From contig CAYOZH010000001.1 in assembly GCA_964408415.1 (NCBI GenBank), positions 47,256 through 111,255 on the forward strand: a stretch of 64,000 nt of DNA. Direction: 5' to 3'. How positions within the stretch are numbered: position 1 is the first letter of the stretch; each line of letters starts with the position of its first letter. The position numbers and the translations under genes are program-made. The notes beneath the pieces were generated by a model. The model did not search any database and had not been told where the DNA came from. It saw nothing but the letters and a program-made list of their open reading frames with translations. Below are positions 61,167 through 64,000 of this stretch, piece by piece. The stretch is from an uncultured Gammaproteobacteria bacterium. Its GTDB lineage: Bacteria > Patescibacteriota > Microgenomatia > UBA1406 > GWC2-37-13.

Positions 61167-61211
61167 GATTTTTAATTAATTTTTAATTTTTGACTTTTAA
61201 TTTTAAATTTT
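61167..61211. repeat. T-heptad array in the 255-nt spacer upstream of aspS
   Basis: GATTTTTAATTAATTTTTAATTTTTGACTTTTAATTTTAAATTTT. Confidence 0.65.
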
Positions 61212-61343
61212 CTCTCCCCTCCATATTAACTCCTAATCCAACTAATAAGATGCATAAAATTAAGAAAGAATGGTTTGTAATATTTATTTTTCATATTATT
61301 ATTTATATTATTATAGGATAATATTTTACCAAAAAAATTCTTA

Positions 61344-61372
61344 TTGTCAAAGAGAAAAAAAAAGAATAAAAT
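61344..61372 (+). promoter_or_regulatory. candidate aspS promoter
   Basis: TTGTCA-17 nt-TAAAAT, with the -10 box ending 9 nt before the ATG. Confidence 0.45.
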
Positions 61373-61381
61373 ATCAGTTAT

Positions 61382-62749
61382 ATGAAAAAACTTTTTGTTG
61401 AGGAAACTGTTAATAAAATTGGTCAAGAAGTTGAGCTTTATGGCTGGGTTGATTCAAAAAGAGATCATAAAAAAATTATCTTTGTTGATCTTCGCGATAG
61501 AACAGGAACTGTTCAGGTAGTTGGCGGTGAAGAATTTAAAGATATATCTCAAGAAGATGTTGTCTATATCAAAGGCATTGTTAAAAAACGACCAGAAAAA
61601 CTAATTAATCCCAAGATAAAAACTGGCACAATTGAGATTGAAGCTAAAGAAGTTAAAATATTAAACAAAACAAAACCTCTTCCTCTTCCTGTTAACACTG
61701 ATGGTTATGAGATAGATGAAGAAGTCAGATTAAAATATCGCTATCTTGATCTTCGACGACCAAGAATGTATAAAAACTTAGCCTTAAGAAGTAAATTTAT
61801 TGATCTTATCCGCCAATATCTTTTTAAACAAGGATTTTTGGAAATCGAAACACCAATTTTATCAGAAACTACTCCTGAAGGCGCTCGTGATTTTATTGTT
61901 CCCTCTCGTCTTCAGCCAGGAAAATTTTATGCTCTTCCTCAATCACCTCAACAATACAAGCAACTTTTAATGGTCGCTGGCATTGAAAGATACTTTCAAA
62001 TTGCCCGCTGTTTTCGTGATGAGGATCCTCGAGCTGATCGAGCATATGGCGAGTTTACCCAACTTGATTTGGAAATGAGTTTTGTCACTCGCGAAGACGT
62101 AATGAAACTTATCGAAGAGATGATCATTGATGTTTATAAAAAACTTAATATTCCAATAAAACAAATTCCTTTTCCTGTTTTCACTTACAAGGAAGCTTTA
62201 GAAAAATTTGGCGCTGATAAATTTGATCTTAGAACAGAAGAAGAAAAAAAACAAAACATACAAGCTTTTGCTTGGGTTATTGATTTTCCTTTTTTTGAAA
62301 AAACACCTGAAGGTGGCTGGACATTCACTCATAATCCATTTTCTGCGCCAAAACCAGAGTTTATGGATGATCTTTTAAACAAAAGAAACATCGAGAATAT
62401 CTTAACAACTCAATATGATTTAGTTTGTAATGGCTATGAAGTTGGTGGTGGATCAATTAGAAATCATCGTCCTGAAGCTTTAAAAGCTGTTTTTGAAATT
62501 ATGGGGTTAACTGAGGAGGAAATTAATAAAAAATTTGGCCATATGATTGAAGCTTTAGGTTATGGCGCTCCTCCGCATGGTGGAATTGCTCCAGGAATTG
62601 ACAGACTCTTAACTTGTATCATTGGTGAAAAAAATTTAAGAGAAGTGATCGCTATGCCAATGACTTCAGGCGGAAAAACTGCTATTATGAACGCTCCTTC
62701 AGAAGTAGATGAAAACAAATTAAAAGAACTGGGAATAAAAATTCGATAA
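61382..62749 (+). CDS. aspS: aspartyl-tRNA synthetase, bacterial-type core lacking the GAD insertion domain
   Basis: QSPQQYKQLLM, FQIARCFRDEDPRADR, HNPFSAP and GAPPHGGIAPGIDRL. 455 aa. Confidence 0.9.
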   Translation: MKKLFVEETVNKIGQEVELYGWVDSKRDHKKIIFVDLRDRTGTVQVVGGEEFKDISQEDVVYIKGIVKKRPEKLINPKIKTGTIEIEAKEVKILNKTKPLPLPVNTDGYEIDEEVRLKYRYLDLRRPRMYKNLALRSKFIDLIRQYLFKQGFLEIETPILSETTPEGARDFIVPSRLQPGKFYALPQSPQQYKQLLMVAGIERYFQIARCFRDEDPRADRAYGEFTQLDLEMSFVTREDVMKLIEEMIIDVYKKLNIPIKQIPFPVFTYKEALEKFGADKFDLRTEEEKKQNIQAFAWVIDFPFFEKTPEGGWTFTHNPFSAPKPEFMDDLLNKRNIENILTTQYDLVCNGYEVGGGSIRNHRPEALKAVFEIMGLTEEEINKKFGHMIEALGYGAPPHGGIAPGIDRLLTCIIGEKNLREVIAMPMTSGGKTAIMNAPSEVDENKLKELGIKIR

Positions 62750-62866
62750 AAATTTTCAATTATCAATTTACATTTTTCAATAAATTTTCATTTAAACAAT
62801 TTTCAGTTTAAAAACTTAAATATTGAAAATTCAATGAAAATTAAAAATTGAAAAATGAAAATTAAG
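62750..62866. repeat. ~115-nt imperfect AT-rich inverted repeat (5x TTTTCA ... 5x TGAAAA)
   Basis: Nested complementary blocks, for example CATTTTTCAAT (62771-62781) with ATTGAAAAATG (about 62847-62857). It fills the aspS/carboxypeptidase spacer. Confidence 0.65.
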
Positions 62867-62870
62867 AAAG

Positions 62871-63779
62871 ATGCGTTTTAAATTTTATCTATTTGTTATT
62901 TTCTACACTCTTCTTTTCCTTTTTTATCCAGGAAATAACTTTTACTTTAATATTTTTGCTTATCATCGAGATATTTTTAATAAAAAAGAAGTCGTTGTTA
63001 AAAATCAAAAAAAACTTGTTCCCTATATAAAAAATCCTTTTTTTCAGCCTGAGATTACTGCTCAAGGAGTTTATGTAGTTGATTATGACTCTTTCACTCC
63101 TGTTTTTCAAAAAAATCCTCATGAAAAATTTTTACCAGCTTCAACAGTAAAGATAATCACTGCTTTAACTGCTTTAGATGTTTATAAACCGGACGATATT
63201 ATCACAGTAAAAAAAACTATCTCTGATGGTCAATTAATGGGATTAATTGAAGGAGAAAAAATTACTGTTGAAAATCTTCTTTATGGTATGCTTATTCACT
63301 CGGGTAATGACGCTGCTTTTGTTTTAGCTGACAATTATGGTTATAAAAAATTTATTGATTTGATAAATAAAAAAGCAAAAGATTTTAAAATGAAAAACAG
63401 TTTTTTTAGCGATCCAACTGGTTTAACTGAGACCAATCAATATACTTCTCCATTTGATCTTGCTTTAGCTTCAAGAAAATTATTAGAAAATCATTATTTA
63501 TCAAAAATTGTCTCAATTAAAGAAATTACTATTTCGGACATTGATTTTAAATATTTTCATAAATTAACCAATGTCAATAAACTTTTAGGTCAAATCACTG
63601 GAATTGGTGGTTTGAAAACTGGCTATACCGAACTTGCCGGAGAAAATTTAGTCTCATTTTACAAAAAAAATGGTCATCAGTATTTAATTGTTATTTTAAA
63701 AAGCGAAGACAGATTTGGCGACACAGAAAAAATAATCAACTGGCTAAATGAAAATATCGACTATATAATCATTAATTAA
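62871..63779 (+). CDS. D-alanyl-D-alanine carboxypeptidase (PBP5/6-type, peptidase S11)
   Basis: Signal anchor, SxxK (ASTVK), SxN (SGND) and KTG (KTGYT). Confidence 0.85.
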   Translation: MRFKFYLFVIFYTLLFLFYPGNNFYFNIFAYHRDIFNKKEVVVKNQKKLVPYIKNPFFQPEITAQGVYVVDYDSFTPVFQKNPHEKFLPASTVKIITALTALDVYKPDDIITVKKTISDGQLMGLIEGEKITVENLLYGMLIHSGNDAAFVLADNYGYKKFIDLINKKAKDFKMKNSFFSDPTGLTETNQYTSPFDLALASRKLLENHYLSKIVSIKEITISDIDFKYFHKLTNVNKLLGQITGIGGLKTGYTELAGENLVSFYKKNGHQYLIVILKSEDRFGDTEKIINWLNENIDYIIIN

Positions 63780-64000
63780 TTTTCAATTAACCAAGCTGAA
63801 GTAATTGCTGGCAAATAAGCAACAAAATTATTATCACCTAAAAATACATAAACTGGTTGTAAAAAACTTTGATACTCATCTGAATCATAATAAGCAATAT
63901 ACATATCTTTAATGGTGATATTTTTTTTACCCATTGTTGCTGCTACTACCTTACCTTTTCCTTGTAAAAGTTCCTCCCAGGCTAAATCTGCTGATTTAAC
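63776..64000 (-). CDS. hypothetical protein, C-terminal fragment (gene continues beyond the window)
   Basis: The open frame runs from the window edge to the TAA at 63776-63778. Hand translation gives ...ELLQGKGKVVAATMGKKNITIKDMYIAYYDSDEYQSFLQPVYVFLGDNNFVAYLPAITSAWLIEN. Confidence 0.45.
   Translation of the reverse strand, partial: VKSADLAWEELLQGKGKVVAATMGKKNITIKDMYIAYYDSDEYQSFLQPVYVFLGDNNFVAYLPAITSAWLIEN

Noticed and set aside
61226-61426. 66-aa minus-strand ORF in the aspS upstream region
   Set aside because: The Asn/Phe-rich translation of AT-rich spacer is low complexity. It overlaps the aspS start and its promoter-like sequence and has no start context.
1-64000. Alternative genetic code (UGA recoding, as in some CPR lineages)
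   Set aside because: All conserved genes are full length under the standard code, and TGA is used as a genuine stop, for example at infA (988-990). Code 11 fits.
1-64000. Prophage, integrative element, toxin-antitoxin or defence island
   Set aside because: There are no integrase, transposase, capsid/terminase, restriction-modification, Cas effector, or other defence-associated ATPase or nuclease genes. The PD-(D/E)XK proteins are isolated among housekeeping genes.

Overview
This is a strongly AT-rich bacterial chromosome segment with tightly packed, short genes. The gene content and ribosomal-protein peculiarities suggest a streamlined Patescibacteria/CPR-type genome (inference). These include no L30 between S5 and L15, Cys4 forms of S14/L33/L24 (L36 is C3H), a minimal IF-2, and DUF4012/DUF3048/PEGA proteins. 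Positions 57-14625 (minus strand) hold tuf plus the S10-spc-alpha ribosomal cluster down to rpsK, with several departures from the canonical layout. rpsS sits between rpsN and rpsH, rpmG lies between secY and adk, L15 is truncated, adk is fused to a second P-loop kinase, and a promoter plus terminator-like leader separates rpsJ from rplC. The rest is housekeeping: a UvrD-type helicase-nuclease, envelope glycosylation genes (GT2, GT-C, WecA-like, rfbB, rfbD, ugd, UXS-like, GT2-GtrA), tRNA-Gln(CUG), miaB, argS, radA, efp-epmA, hrcA-grpE-dnaK-dnaJ with a CIRCE-like operator, nfo, cca, secDF, L25, nusA-infB, rmuC, recJ, aspS and a PBP5-type carboxypeptidase. I see no transposase, phage, CRISPR or recognisable defence genes. 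The most unusual signals are non-coding. (1) A dispersed GC-rich palindrome family (TCCGCCAGYTGGCGGA) with T-heptad flanks occurs in spacers and, in frame, inside miaB, the UXS-like gene and epmA (RPE-like behaviour). (2) A second palindrome family (AAGGACAGAAC...) occurs at three loci. (3) A 94-nt element with perfect 17-bp terminal inverted repeats lies upstream of efp. (4) Many -10 boxes lie 6-9 nt from start codons, implying leaderless mRNAs. All family assignments come from reading the translations, with no searches run. Hand-indexed small features may be off by 1-2 nt.
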